64,000 nucleotides of DNA from Camelus ferus (GCF_009834535.1 NC_045696.1:48362001-48426000); one strand, 5' to 3'; positions 1 through 13,715 are shown, counted from the stretch's first letter. Notes: generated by a model from the letters alone, not told the origin. Made by a program: numbers and translations.

Positions 1-189
1 TTTATTACACAGCCTTTGAAGACTAATACAAAAATCAAAGGCTTCTCTAATTTAGTCACCTTTTTAGCTGCTTCTTACGTTCATGTGTGTGTTGTAAATT
101 TCTGTCACACAAGACTATTTTCTAAATAGTCAGGATCCTTATCTATAAAATGTAACTATTAGATAACTGACTGGTGTACAATTATCTTT

Positions 190-305
190 ACTGTAATGGG
201 GGATAATGATACTTGAAAAGTTTTTGTGAGTGTGAATTATATGACACAGAGAAGCAGTTATTGGAATTTTTGGAACATTATAGGCACTCAGTAAATATTA
301 GTTTC
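190..305 (+). mobile_element. MIR SINE 3' fragment
   Basis: Contains 'tgtaatgggggataatgatact...ttgtgag...taggcactcagtaaatattag', resembling the MIR core and 3' tail. Confidence 0.55.
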
Positions 306-3005
306 ATTTCTTTTTCACTTGCCTTCTCTTTCTAAATCATCATTTTGGTCGCCAGTCTACGCCTTTAATTCTGCTGGTCCTTCTTTATAGAATGCCTTTC
401 ACACTCATCTCCATCTCCCACTTTAAATGTTAGCTCAGATTTAACTTCTCTATGAAACAGTTCTCCACAAGAATCTTAATCTCACTCTGTCTGTGTGCCT
501 TCAGTGCTTAAAAATATAATCAAAGCTTAGATTAAGGCATAAAGTGACTTGCGGTTATGCTTCTAAAGGAGAGATGGCATGTCTGTGTAAACATGTGAGT
601 GTCCATCATAAGTAAATTTACACTGTAAGTGTAATATGGTTCAGCTGTGGAAAATGGATGAGGCGACCTGAGGTATTTATTATTTGAGGATAAAAAGTAA
701 CACTGATAAGCAGGATTGTTAACTGGTGAGGGAAAGTGTGAAGGGCATTTTTATTGTTACCTAAACACAGTATTCCCTCTGTACACAGTTATAAATTCCG
801 TAACACTCCTCATGATGATGCTTTATCTGTATTGCTTTCTTTCGTATGACTTACATTTGTTTTTTGTTTTTTCATCCATAAATTAGACAGTCAAGCCTGG
901 AAGAAAACTAAGACAAAAATAGCATTTGTAGAATCAAAATGTCTCATTGAATGAAAGTAGAAATACCAGTTCCTTAACTCTGATAAAAATCTCTTTCCTG
1001 CCCCCTGTAATGTTTGCCTTTAGAACTTGAAAGGGCTTTGGCATTGAAAAGGATCATATTAAACATTTTTCTCTTCATTCTTCAAGTGTATACAGCTGTT
1101 AGTTTTTCATGAGAGTCCTGTAATGTAGCTGACAAAGTAGTGGTTATATTAAGAGAGATTAGCTTTCGAGAGAAAGGAAATATCTCTAGTTATTTTTTTT
1201 TTTATTCACTAACATTTTTAGGATCATATTTTACTTTCCTTAGATAATTTCCCTTTTATTACAATCTGTTGCATATTGCCTGAGTGCAGCTTTTCCCATA
1301 AATTTTGCACATGCACATGCACTAAATGCAGTGTCTGTCTAGCAGTGACAGGCGAGATGTTCCGCTGAATGTTCAGTTGTTCCCAGGGGCTTTCTGGGCT
1401 GTTGCCACAATTCTGTAGCCTGTAATCTGGTTGTTTATCTCCTCTCCCTTTGCAAATGTACAAATAGCTCAGTTACAATTTTTCTTTTTTTTTTTTTTAA
1501 TATAACTACTATACTGATGTTTGGCTGCTGAAGCTATGACTTGTCTGCTTATATTTGTATTGTGAAATATGAACACATGTGAAATATTAAATAAAAAAGG
1601 GAATAAAATAAGATTCAGTCCTGTTCAAGCAAAGTAATGTAAGACACAGTCTAATTTCATTTCAAATTATACTATTCTCCTGATGTATAGCTAGCTTGAA
1701 GTTACGGGTTGAGATCTACCAATAAGAGAAATACACAAGACCCCCTTAGCTATTTTAGAGAAAGGAAGTGTTCATTCGGTGGGAGGCATGATTTCTTTCT
1801 AAGTTAATCTTTTGAACGTTTAGAACATTTATTTACAGTTAAATCCTGTTAGTGGTATAATCTCCCATGTAAAAAGCACATATAAAATGCTGTTATTTAA
1901 CAACCCATTTTAACTGAGAGAAAATTTCTTCGGAGGAATTGAGTACTGTCAAAGATGTTCTTCTGAGTTTTAACTGAAATACCTTTTATTTCCCTATGGA
2001 ATATGCCTTTCTTCCTCATTTTCTCCTGTATCTGCCACTATTGTCTGTCAAGGAGAATTAACTAGTGAAATTAACTAGTGAATGCATCCATAATGCCAAA
2101 AGTTTTGTATACGTAATTCCTTCCAATACTAAAAAAAATTCTCCGAATCCCTAAAATTTACTATCAGAAAAGCGTTCATAGTGCTGCTTTCTTATAAAGC
2201 CTAAATGTGTGACAGAAGCCTACGATCCGTAAGATTGCATCGAGAAGAATGTTTTCGGTGAATGGAAAACTGGAAATTCTCGTCTGCCTTATCTCTTTTG
2301 AATGTTCTTCAGACTGTCTTTAAGTATTTGACCATTTGACAATAAAGGTTATGTATCTTAAAAGTGTAAAAGTAGAGTCAATGAATTTTACTCTATTACC
2401 AGATTTATCATAGGACAGCCATCATTAAGCATCAAGCATAGGCTTACAAAAGATGTTATAGATGAGACTCAAGTATCAGATGAGCCATTAGGCCAGATAA
2501 CCCTTAAAGCTCCTAAAAAACTTAAGTTTCTAGCGTTAGAATGTTTTAAGGACCAAGAGTTTGAATTTCTAAAACTCTGATCTGGTCATTAAATGATTTC
2601 AGGATGGCTTTTCTTCCTCTACCTGTGACATTTTTCACTGACAATATTCATCGTTTTTTATCACTTATCAGCAATATGATAAATTAGAATATCTATAGAG
2701 AGAATCAATGATGTATAAAAGGATGAGAAAGTACTATGCCTTATGATTCACCACTGATTGGATCATCTTTAATTAAAAACCACTCACTATTAATATCCTA
2801 AGGAAATAGCATATAACCCAACACAAAGGGTGATGTTTTATTTTAGTCTTAAAATTGCTCCTCTGATGAATGTGTTTTCCCTACCTCTAAGCCTTATTTT
2901 TGCCATATGCTTTCTGAGTAGATACAAGAAGGCGATTTTAATGACTTCAGATCACGTTTAATTGAGCTGTATACTATAAGTAGAGAAGAAAATTTTAATT
3001 ATAGA

Positions 3006-3432
3006 TATATTAGTCAGGGTTCTCCAGAGAACAGAAGGAATAGAATCTGTCTCTCTCTTTCTTTCTCTATCTCTCAGAGAGAGTGAGAGATTTATTTAAG
3101 AAATTGGCTCATGTGGTTATGGACATCCAAAGTCCACAGAGTGGGCTGGCAGTCTGGAGACCCAGGGAAAAGCTGATGTGCAATTCAAGTCCAGAGGATA
3201 TCTGTTGAAGAATTCCTTCTTGCTAGGTCAGTCTTTGGTTATATTCAGATCTTCAACTGTTTGGATGAGGCCCAAACACATTATGGAGAGCAATCTGCTT
3301 TACTCAAAGTCCACTGATTTAAATGTTAATATTATCAAAAAAAAAAACCTCATAGAAACATCCAGAATAATGTTTTACCAAACATGTGGGCACTGTGGCC
3401 AGCCATGTTGACATGTAAAGTTAACCATCACA
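3006..3432 (-). mobile_element. MLT2-family (ERV-L) solo LTR
   Basis: Runs from 'tatattagtcagggttctccagagaac' to 'ttgacatgtaaagttaaccatcaca', the reverse complement of MLT2 termini. Internal 'ggatgaggcccaaacacattatggagagcaatctgctttactc' is shared with the LTRs at 37.2 and 43.0 kb. Flanks ataga/acagg may be a decayed 5-bp TSD. Confidence 0.9.
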
Positions 3433-6289
3433 ACAGGAATGTATGCATTGAGGCCTTCTGCTGTTTGAGCTTCTTTGTCTGGAAGATGATCCATCAGGAT
3501 TTTTCACCTCACCTTTTCTAGACTATGTTACTTATAACATTATTATTATTATCATCATCCTAGTATTAGCATATAATAAGCTATAATTCAAGGTTTTGTT
3601 TTATGAAAGTTCTACTCACTTGTCACTGTTCTCTTTAGGTCATTTTACACATTGTAATTATTGGATAAAAACTTGACCAAGTCTATCAGAAACAAACTTA
3701 AGTTTTAACCTTATCTAGGTACTTTCAACTACCTTATCTAGGCAGTTGGGCTTTTAAACTTATGCTGTGCAAAGTGTGGTGTTTGGATCAGTGACTTGAG
3801 TTGCACTGGTTTGACCCTCTCATGCTGCCGCTTTGAGATTTTTAAGCCTTGGCATCTAATTATTTCTATATTTTGGCTATATAAAATTTCTAAAATCCCA
3901 TTTCACACAAATAAATATTTGTAAATAGTAATGATTATTTGCAGGCTACAGTATAATATCATCATTTAATTTAACTGTTTTGGAAGTTTGTAAACATTAT
4001 AAGATTTTTTTTCAAATTTTAATCACTAAAAATATCAGTCAGTTATTCTAATTGCTTACCTGGTGAGTGGTCACTTTGATAGACATTAGTAATGTGTCTA
4101 TTATTGGCAGAAAATAATTTTCAAGTGTATATTTTAACATTATGAGACAATGATTTTATGTTTTTAAATCTTAAATACATCAATACTTCTGTGATATGTT
4201 ATTCAAATGTTAAAAATTGGACACCATATGTAAAATAAAATAAATTAAAATCGTTTATTTCTTGTTTCATTAGAAATATTTATGCTAAGACCTTCCTTTG
4301 AGTAGCAGATTCATTTTTAAATTCTGGACCTCCCTCCTATATCATTACAAATATATCTGAAGTGTTTATTAGCTAATGATTAGTCTTAAATAATTATTCC
4401 CTGAAATATTCAATTAAATAATCTGCCTAGTTGTGCACAGTGGCTCACTCAAACCTTTTCTCAGGTATGGTGAGAGAAATTATTCAATATTTATAATATT
4501 TTTATATTATTTTATAGACAACATGTTATACTCCTGTGATGTTTTTCACATAATCATCACAACAATATGACAAAATCTGATTATTGCTGTCTTAAGCGTA
4601 GAGGCTAAAGCTAGTAGACTTAGAAAACTAGGTTCACACTATAAGGTAAGTATTAAAATTCATGTCTTATAAAAGCTAAAACTTGGTGACAATTAAGGCA
4701 TTCAGTGATGCATCTGGATGATTACACAGTTTGCAAGTCTGCCAATTTGCTTGATGCCTTTACCCATAAAATATTGAATGTGACCATGAAAAGGCTCAAT
4801 GAAACAAAAAAGAAGACTCACTCTGAGTAATAGTTTTTGGCTTCTAAACCTTGGCTAAAATGAAAGACCTTGCATAACTTCATATACAGGAGCCAAGAAA
4901 ACATGTTAAGTTGTCTAAAAACAAAAGAGAAATATCACATTATGAAAGGTGATTACATTCCAAAGCAAAAAGTCATGAACATTTTGCAATGTAAAGTAAG
5001 ATTTGGTTATATCGTATTTTTTTAACCTTAATGTGTTGCCTAATTATATATTCCATTTATACTTCTACTATGAAAATTACCTATGTAATGCCTTAAATTT
5101 TTATTTTTTTTCCTTATAGAGGAAAATAATGGTATTTTACTATTTGAGTGGCTTAGAATTCAAGTGTTATTATGTTGCTTCATGAAATACAGGAAGAGCT
5201 TTTAAAAAGAGAGAAGTAAGAAATTTTGATAATAATAATTCACTTCCTTGAGACTATGCTGTCTCAAGAAATCCTATTTGGAAAATATGTAAATAATGGC
5301 ACTGTTGGGGATTGTCTCATGAATGTCAACTCCCCTGTAGATTAAGACTTTACCCACTTGAGTTACCAGAGAAAGATGCAAGACTGAGATTTAAAAAGAG
5401 AGAGGTTGTGCCACCCATTTGATGTGCAGTGCTGGTCATGTACTGTGCTAAAATCAAGTGGGTGATGGGGTTGAGCCATATGAACCAGCCTGTCCCTTAC
5501 ATTCATCATGTGTCTTCATGTCTTCACGCTTGATAGCAGTCTGTAACAAGAAAGACTTAAATTAAGAGGGTTAATGGAACAAGCTATAGTCTTGTGACTA
5601 CAATTGATATTCATCGTCTTCTTTCACCACCTAGATTTCACTCAGCCTCAACCAAATCAATTGGTCAAAGTTATGTGGCTAATTAAGAAATCCAGACTTT
5701 TATTCCTGTGGGTCTGATCCTTGATTGTCTTGACATTATCAAATTGTCTTGACACAGTTGCCCATTTACTTCCTTCACTGAAAATAGAACAGCAACAATT
5801 ACATTGGTGAATCTTCTAATTTTCAGAGATACTCTTCCCATGTCTCAGTTATGTAAGAGCAATATTAACTTCTATATATATATACATATATATGCATATT
5901 TTTCATATATATATGTGAAGGTACATATCAATGTATATAGTTTCAGTATTTACTGAAGACAGAAAGTTTTACTTCTCTGTACTTTTCCTTCTGTGTAAAA
6001 ATAATGAACAAGTATACTTTTCCACTTTCTTAGAGGACTTTTCCTCAACTGCTGTACTTAAAGTATTTATCTATCCACCTACAAGTGAAGCTGAGTGAGA
6101 CAGCAGTATACATTTATTTACACCATCATACAGAGATGACCCATTTATGAATCAGGCCACAGTTTTATTCTTCACCATCCATTGCTTGAAGATACCTCCC
6201 TACCACCTTCATCACTCACACTCAGTGAAACCTTAAGTTTATGCTGGAAGAGACGTTGCATGTAACAGTGGTGAACAACTTGGTTAATT

Positions 6290-7135
6290 TGGGCCAGCTT
6301 TGTCGTTTCCTCTTGGCTGCTGGACATGCCCAGATTCAGGCCAAAGGTGCATTTCCAGCATACGGTCGATTGGTGCTGCACCTGCTCAGCAGTGTGAGTT
6401 GGAAGATATGACAACACCAGCCTACAGTGGACAGCTTCCAGTTGCAGTCGGTTGTTGTCTCCACCAGGTGCTTAGACTCTACAAGGCCCCAGCAGCACAA
6501 CAGGAGCTACCTTTCAGGCATCTATGAAAGAAACAAAATTACACTAAAAATCCTTAAGAGTCTTATGCTGCTGGAATTTGCCAGGGAGGCATCATTTTCT
6601 ACAATGAGAACCTCTAGGTCAGTTGGATCTACTGGGTTATATGGCCTGTCTGGTAGGACAGTTTGCACTGCAGCCTGGTGCTGAGTCATTTCTTGTTCTG
6701 GGTCCCACCTAAATCTGGAGTCACACAGATTCCAGATCTGGAGTAAAAGGGTCAGAGCATTGGTCTCAAATGTGTTATATGCTATCTCTAAAATCACAAA
6801 GGTACACCCAGAGCTGTGCTGTTTTTGTGGTAGGAGATGCAGGGTTTAATAGCATGTTCCCTTAATGAAGATGGCATCCCCTAAACCACTGGTCTTTAAA
6901 ACGTCACTGATATTGACAGGCTGTGAATATTCGTAGAGTCTATCCTCAACCATCTGACATGAAATGTGTCTTCCTAGAGCATCCAGAGTACTTGTCACTC
7001 ACTGCTCTCCGGGTCTGATTAACATGATATTAGCAGTCTGGTGGACAAATGTGGTATTTTGAAGATCATATGTCACAGAAAGCAGGAAAGTTCATATGGC
7101 CCTGGGAAATGGCAGTGAACTGTTACCTCCCTTGT
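6290..7135 (-). pseudogene. pol: Ancient ERV-L-class pol relic (reverse transcriptase and connection domain), many stops and frameshifts
   Basis: Minus-strand translation gives QFTAISQGHMNFPAFC, QNTTFVHQTANIMLIRPGEQ*VTSTLDAL, FRWDPEQE..QAAVQTVLPDRPYNPVDPTDLEV, PER*LLLCCWGLVESKHL and VLSYLPTHTAEQVQHQSTVCWK. These are colinear with ERV-L pol motifs and with the provirus at 39.7-40.5 kb ([35 protein letters not shown]). Confidence 0.85.
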
Positions 7136-7409
7136 GAAAACGCACTCTTTTACTCCCCTTTACTTATCAAGGTATGCACTCGCCATAGTAGCTACCCACA
7201 GAGTTCCTGAACTGTATTGATCTGCTCCACAAAGATATCACATCTCACATAGCAATTGTTATTGGGGCTACTACTTACTACATTTTTGGTCTACCCTTAC
7301 CTTCTGTGATCTGTCTGCTTTTGCCACACAGGGAAATATGGTTGATGTTGGGAACCTTAACCCTTGTGTACTTTGATTCTCTGGTGGGGCACTAAATGTG
7401 CAGTTTACC

Positions 7410-7545
7410 CAAGATAGAATGTAGACTGTGGTGAGAAAGAAGGTGAGAATGAATATATGTATGTTCGTGTATGGCTGAGGAATTATGCTCTACATCAGGG
7501 GTTGACACAGCATTGTAAACTGACTATAACTTAATTTTGAAAAGT
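7410..7545 (+). mobile_element. Young L1 3' end, cetartiodactyl/camelid-like
   Basis: 'gaatgaatatatgtatgttcgtgtatggctgagg...ttgacacagcattgtaaactgactataacttaa' is the same family as the minus-strand insert at 46496-46548. Confidence 0.75.
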
Positions 7546-7869
7546 GCTCAAACCACGAAGTAAAAGATGTATTTTCACAACATAGACAAACAGACCTTCT
7601 TTCAAGGAACAAGAAAAAGAAAGAAAAAATAACAACAACAAAACAAAGAAGCCTTTATCAGTTGGGAGATCTAAAGAATAAGAGAGATCAAAGTTTGGCC
7701 CAGAAAATCAAGATTGTCTCAGCTAGGATGGCAGTTAAAGCTATGGAGGGAAAATATAGGACCAGGGACCCAAGTAGTATGCAGAAGTTTTGGAACAAAT
7801 GATCTAAGTAATATGATGGGGAGACATTAAATCATAGAGTCATAAATCTAAGGGTTGGAAGAACTTCAA

Positions 7870-8770
7870 AAATAATTTATTGGTTCATTTATTCAAGGTA
7901 TGTTTACACACTAAGTGCTGTGCTACACTCTGGACTTACAATGGATAATCATGCTAACAAATCTTCTGCTATTATGGAAAGTATTTAAGGTACATAAACC
8001 TTCAGGTGTCATTTGTACATTCAGTCAACAAGTATTTACTGAATGTCTTTTATGTGACAGTTAACTATTTAATCATGATATTTTACTGTCTGCTATTTGA
8101 TAGACTTTGCAGCATTTTGGGGATTAAAAAGGAGCATAAGAATCACATCCCATATTTTGGATAATTCCTATCTGTTATGAGACATATGAATATGAACAAA
8201 GTAAAATGCCATCTGGCAATTGATACTGTACAGACTTGGAAATTATGTTTTGGGAACTTAGAATGAAGATCAACTAAGTCTGCTTTGGCATAAAGGAAAC
8301 TATCAATTTTTATTTTAAGTAAAAGGAAAAATGTTTCAAGTAGAAAGAAGCATGTGCTAAGATAAAGAACACAAAGGGCTTGAACTGTCCAAAAAATGGT
8401 GAGGTGTTTGGTGTGGCTGAAGCACAAGTCTCACAGCGAATGAGGAGACAGGGGTGGAGTGAGATCAAGAGCCCTAAGAAGGGTTGACTGTGAGTAAACT
8501 GTGGAAGACTTCATATTTTACCCTGCAATTCTTAAGGAACTTGCACTGGTTCTGAAGCAGGGAGATAACACAGTCCAGTGTTCTCTGCAGATGCTGAGAC
8601 TTGGTCGCAGTGTGGATAGGACATAGAAGGGGCAAGCAGGTCTCATGGTAGGAATACCAGAGAGTAGCGTGTTGAACATACCTAAAACAGAAAGAATGGA
8701 TGCCAGACTAAGGTAGAATAAACTGCAGAGAGAAGCTGGATTTATGAGTCATTGTTGGGACAAATACAAC
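7870..8770 (-). mobile_element. L2 LINE fragments (3' region)
   Basis: 'ttcatttattcaagg' and 'cattcagtcaacaagtatttactgaatg' tails, followed by a purine-rich L2-like body. Confidence 0.65.
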
Positions 8771-8989
8771 TAGATTTTAAAACCTAAATTCTTTCAAACT
8801 GAAATATTTATTTAAAAAGGAGGAGGAGGAAAGGAGGAAAAAAATAATTCCATTGTGAGTTTTATGATCTGTGATTTAGGTCAGTGTGTTTATGAAGTGA
8901 AGCTGAAGAAAGACATGGGAGAATATTATTTAATGAAAAGAAAGAAGCCATATGAGCATATTGGCTATTCAGTTAGTGATTGATTTTAT

Positions 8990-9545
8990 TATTTCCATAA
9001 ATTTTGAAAAAGTGTTTTTTAAAATTTGACATCTATTCTTTATTAAAACTCAAAATAAAGTAGGAATCCAGTGTACACACACACACACACACACACCACT
9101 TCCCAAACACCCAGCATCATGCTTAATGATGGGACAGAGGTGAGGGAATAAATAGAAGCATTCTCACCAAAGTTAAGACAAGAATGACCTTTGTCCCAGC
9201 TATTATTTACCATTGCTCAAGTGAATCCAAACAGCAAAATCATGTAGAAGAAAGAAAAAGCATACAATTGAAAATAGGACAAAATGTGGCTTGTACATAA
9301 CATGTTTGTTGACCTGGAAAATCCCAGAGAGTTAAATAGAGCATTATTATAAGTGTTGATAAAGTGCACTAGAACTACAAGATTATTATTAAAAACATTA
9401 CCCTTCATCTTTACAAACTAAAGAAATAGTTTGAAAATGGAATGAAGGAAAAGACTTTGTGATGATAGCATTATGTAATTAAAATACCTAGGAATAAAAT
9501 TAAAATTAATTTGCTGGATCTATATGAATAAAATGTTAAAAACAC
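8990..9545 (+). mobile_element. Old L1 ORF2 fragment
   Basis: 'agcatcatgcttaatgatg', 'gacctggaaaatcccagagag' and 'taaaatacctaggaataaaatta' (KYLGI motif region). Confidence 0.65.
9075..9096. repeat. (AC)n microsatellite
   Basis: About 11 AC units, seen directly. Confidence 0.95.
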
Positions 9546-9549
9546 AAAG

Positions 9550-10740
9550 TGTTGTATATTTCAAACATACAAAAATAAGCAAAATAATAAGGTGAATCTC
9601 TGTACACTCAGCATCCAATCACAACAACATTGTTTCTTCTATACTCCCATCTATATTATGTTGAATGATTCCAGATAGAAAATTATTTCATCCACAATTA
9701 TTTTTGTATTCCTTAACATCATCAAATATTCATTATCCTTTATAATATCCAATTTATTATCCAATATCCAATATGTAAGTATATACTTATATACTTTAAA
9801 TATATATTATATATTTAAAGCTTTTATATATATATATATATAAAACAGGTACATTACATATTTGTTATATAGAAATACAAATGTATTTTTTTTAAAGGAA
9901 CTAGACACTGGGTCATTTGTGCTGTGTAGTTTCATACAATGTAGTTTAACTTATTTCTCTGAAGTCTCTATTTTCTGTAAATTGGATCTACAGCCTTGAT
10001 CTGATTTCAGTTCAATTTTTTTTTTTTGGCAAGAATTCTTTATAGGTAATGTAATGTTCTTCCATCAGAAGAGACATAATGTCTGGTTGTCTCTATTTCT
10101 GTAATGTTAACAGCTGTTCATGCTCAATGACTAGATTCATTCATTTGATAGGAATTGTAAAATGGTGATGTTCTAGGTCTAACATTAATTCTTAACTTAC
10201 CAGCTGAGTTACAGTTACTCTATAAAGAGTAACTTTCCTTTCCTTCAGTGGCAGAATGTGTGTAAGAAAGCAGGATAGACCCTCTGTACTGATACGCTAC
10301 CAACTAGATGTAAAATGCATTTGTTTCATTTCAATTTGTTGAGATTTGTTTCTTTTTAAAATGTAATTTTTGGTGTGATTGTATAAATATTTAGAATTTC
10401 TAAAAATCAAATATCTAAAGGAATGCATGTCCTAAGAAATTTAAATTCTATATGTGCCTCCTCTGTTGAGTCACCTCTCTTATAAATATGTCTTTAAAGC
10501 TTTATGGCTTATACTTCTATCATTTTTCAGTATAAATATATATATAAAATATATCCCTGTTTATCAAGTAAATGGCAGTATACATATATATCCTCCTCAG
10601 TATTTCTTTTTTAAATTTAGTAATATATCTTGAATCTTATAAGATATAATTATAGAGATATTTCTTATTATTTATTATTATTGCATAGTAAACCACTGTG
10701 TGGATATACCATTGTTTATTCGTCCAGTATCTTAGAAATA
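9550..10740 (-). mobile_element. Old L1 3' regions (L1MC/L1ME-like)
   Basis: 'tatttcaaacatacaaaaataag', 'tttttggcaagaattctttataggt...gtctggttgtctct' and 'gcatagtaaaccactgtgtggatataccattgtttatt'. Confidence 0.6.
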
Positions 10741-11949
10741 CAGTTTTTAAGTAGGCCACTTAAAAACATGTAGTTACACATTTAATAGAGTAATACATTT
10801 CTTCCCTGTCCTGGATACTGAATTTGTGTTAATGTAGTCCAATTGTTTGAGTTTAAAGTTAGTAAGAATAAAATTATCCTTTAAAAAATATATTAACAGA
10901 TGTTGCATAATCTTATTTATCTATTTTGATTTTTTGAACCACCATATCTAAAAACTTGCATGTATCTTAGTTATATCTCTGTATATTTTTAAGCTAATTC
11001 CAGTCTTTCAGGATGGAACTTTTTAAACCTGAATTTTTGTTCCTATTAGGTTTGTGGAATTTACAAATTTGACAAATGTACTTTCTATTACCATTAAAGT
11101 AACTGGTAAAATTGCAGTACATTTCCAAATGAAATACATGATCTGAGAATACCACAGTAGTGTTCCTTCCAGGGGACAGTGACCACTAATCAGTAATATG
11201 AGGGTAATTTTAGTCAGAAATGACTGAACTATTAATAGTTCTATGCTGAATAAGTGTTATTTAAAAATAATAATCATATATACATTTTATAGTCACTGCA
11301 ATATTTTATTAATTATTTACAAGTTTCATGTCATGTACTTAAATGCACAAAGCTACTTTATCTATATGGTGGTGTAATTGTTGGAATGTCAAGGAGAATT
11401 CGCTTTCTTGGAACTTGTGTGTGTGTGTATTTTATTGCTAATTATGTTGCAGAATGAGTGTTTCAGAATCACTTCCATAGCTGGTTAGACATCACTTTTT
11501 CAAGTTTTTTAAAAATCATTTTGAATTTTGCATTACTTTAATTCATAATACTGAAATATATCATATTTTAATGAATTTAGAACAAGGTATACCATTTTAC
11601 AAAAAATCTTTCATCATTTATTAATGTTAACTCTAAGTGAGGACTGTGTTAGCAGTCTACTATAAAAGCATTCTTAAGAAACTTTATGTAACCTTTAGAT
11701 CATGAAAGAACAGATTCTCAAAATTAGATTTTTTTGAGAGTATCATCTCAATTTGCCAAAGAATAGAGCCTTCTTAAAATTATAAGATACTCAATGACTA
11801 AATTCTGTATAACCATTATTGTTAGATATTTTTCCTTTTATTTATCCCATTATTGAAAAGGAAAATCATTCTTAAGAAAAACAAAACGTGTTATTGGAGA
11901 CTTCTTTTGTGAAGGTCTCAATATTGCAAGTGATAATAGTAACTACTTA

Positions 11950-12060
11950 TTTAATATCCATTGATCCTCTAGGTGTTATTTATATAATAACTCAATCCTG
12001 GCAACTCTACAAGGTATATAACTTTATTTTATAGATGAAGAAATTGAGGTTCAGAGCCAT
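11950..12060 (-). mobile_element. MIR SINE
   Basis: 'attttatagatgaagaaattgaggttcagag' core. Confidence 0.75.
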
Positions 12061-13709
12061 GAAGATGAAAATACAAATGTAATTTGTAAATTGATTAAAA
12101 AGAGTTTATATGTAAGTTAGATTTTCTTTTTCTTGTTCTAATCAGAGCTTTTGCCTTATTTTTTGGTATAATAGGTGCTGTGTTAGGAGCAGAAAGTAAA
12201 TAATACCAGATAGATTTAGCACATGGAAGAATAGATAAGCATTTGAGTCTTGATGTCAGAAGTAACTCTCTCCAGAATCTGAAAATGCAATATACACTTT
12301 ACCTACATTGCCTTCTGAGGGTCACTGTGGGATCTTACAGAGAGATTTTATATTGTCATGAATCTCACCCTTCAGAGAAGACTAAGGGTATAAAAAATTA
12401 AATGGCTATGGAAATAAATGAGATAATAGGGATGAGATAGTCTTAGAATTTTAGTGATGGGAGAATGTCAGAAGCACTGTCAGCATTCAGACTTTCAGGG
12501 CTGTTCTGCCTCCCCCACCAGCATTCACAATGGCCAGATGCCACAGATCTTGTTGGTTATGTCCACGGAAAGACCTTTGATTGATGTGCTTGAATGGAGC
12601 AAAGACCTCACCTGTTCACCTGTGATGTAGAGCATTTTGCATGATGCCTGGCATATATAGGAGCCACTAAAGTGTTTCAGCAAGTACATTCCCCAGATGA
12701 ATATCAGTAGAGGGAACACATAATTACAAAATCATTTAGTGAATATTTTCTCTAATAATCATTTTTACAAAAACAGAACAATGGAGTCCTCTGTACTCCA
12801 AAAATCTGTTAACAGCTGAAACTTTTTTGTGTTACAGAATGCTCTTAGGTGTATCAGAAGTACTGATGTCTATATACTTTGCAGTGTTATGGCAGCCTAG
12901 GTATATTATTTGAGTAATTTGAACACAGGTTTTTCTAAATGAAAGTATTTATTAAAAATGAATTTTTTAGAGTTAGCATATTAGGACAGAGAGACCTATT
13001 TCTGAAATAAGGATTCTGGACTATAACATGTAAACACTACTTAATTTGATGTAGTTACTATATGTAGTAATTATATATCATTTTTATTATTTTAGAGGGG
13101 CTCCAGAACTGTAATAAACATAGAAATAACTAATGGCAAGTCTCACTAGACTTGGATTTAATTTTTTTTGACTTTTTAAAGTATGTTAACACATTTTGTC
13201 AGATGGAAACTTTCCACTGAGAAACTTACATGTGTAATCTTCAAGTGGAGGTAATCACAATGGATTGGGGCTGGCAGAGCTAAATTTGATGTTGATTCAT
13301 CTGTCCTTAATCTCGATGATACTGTTGTATCCTTGGAACGTGTAACCTACTGAAGAGATTCTTGGAGATTCTCAGAGTAGAGAGGAGCTGGGATTAAATC
13401 CAGGTGGATCCTGGCACCTAAAAATAAATGAAGTTAGAAATATTCGAAGGTCAAATGTTTCTGAATATCTGAGAAGCTGTTGGGAGTTTTCAAAGAAAAT
13501 GGACAGGATGAATTCTCAATGGGAGAGAATGTGATTTTCCAGATTGATATATTAAGATAAGTAATTTATCACTGTTTTTACATTGCTTGTTTTACTTATG
13601 TCATAGAATGGCATTTCTGAAGTTTAACTGAGGTATTTTTTTCCTATTATATTCTTGACTCATTGAACTCTGGTAGGTGTCCACGTTCAATGATAACATA
13701 ATACAGCAA

Positions 13710-13715
<6 letters not shown>

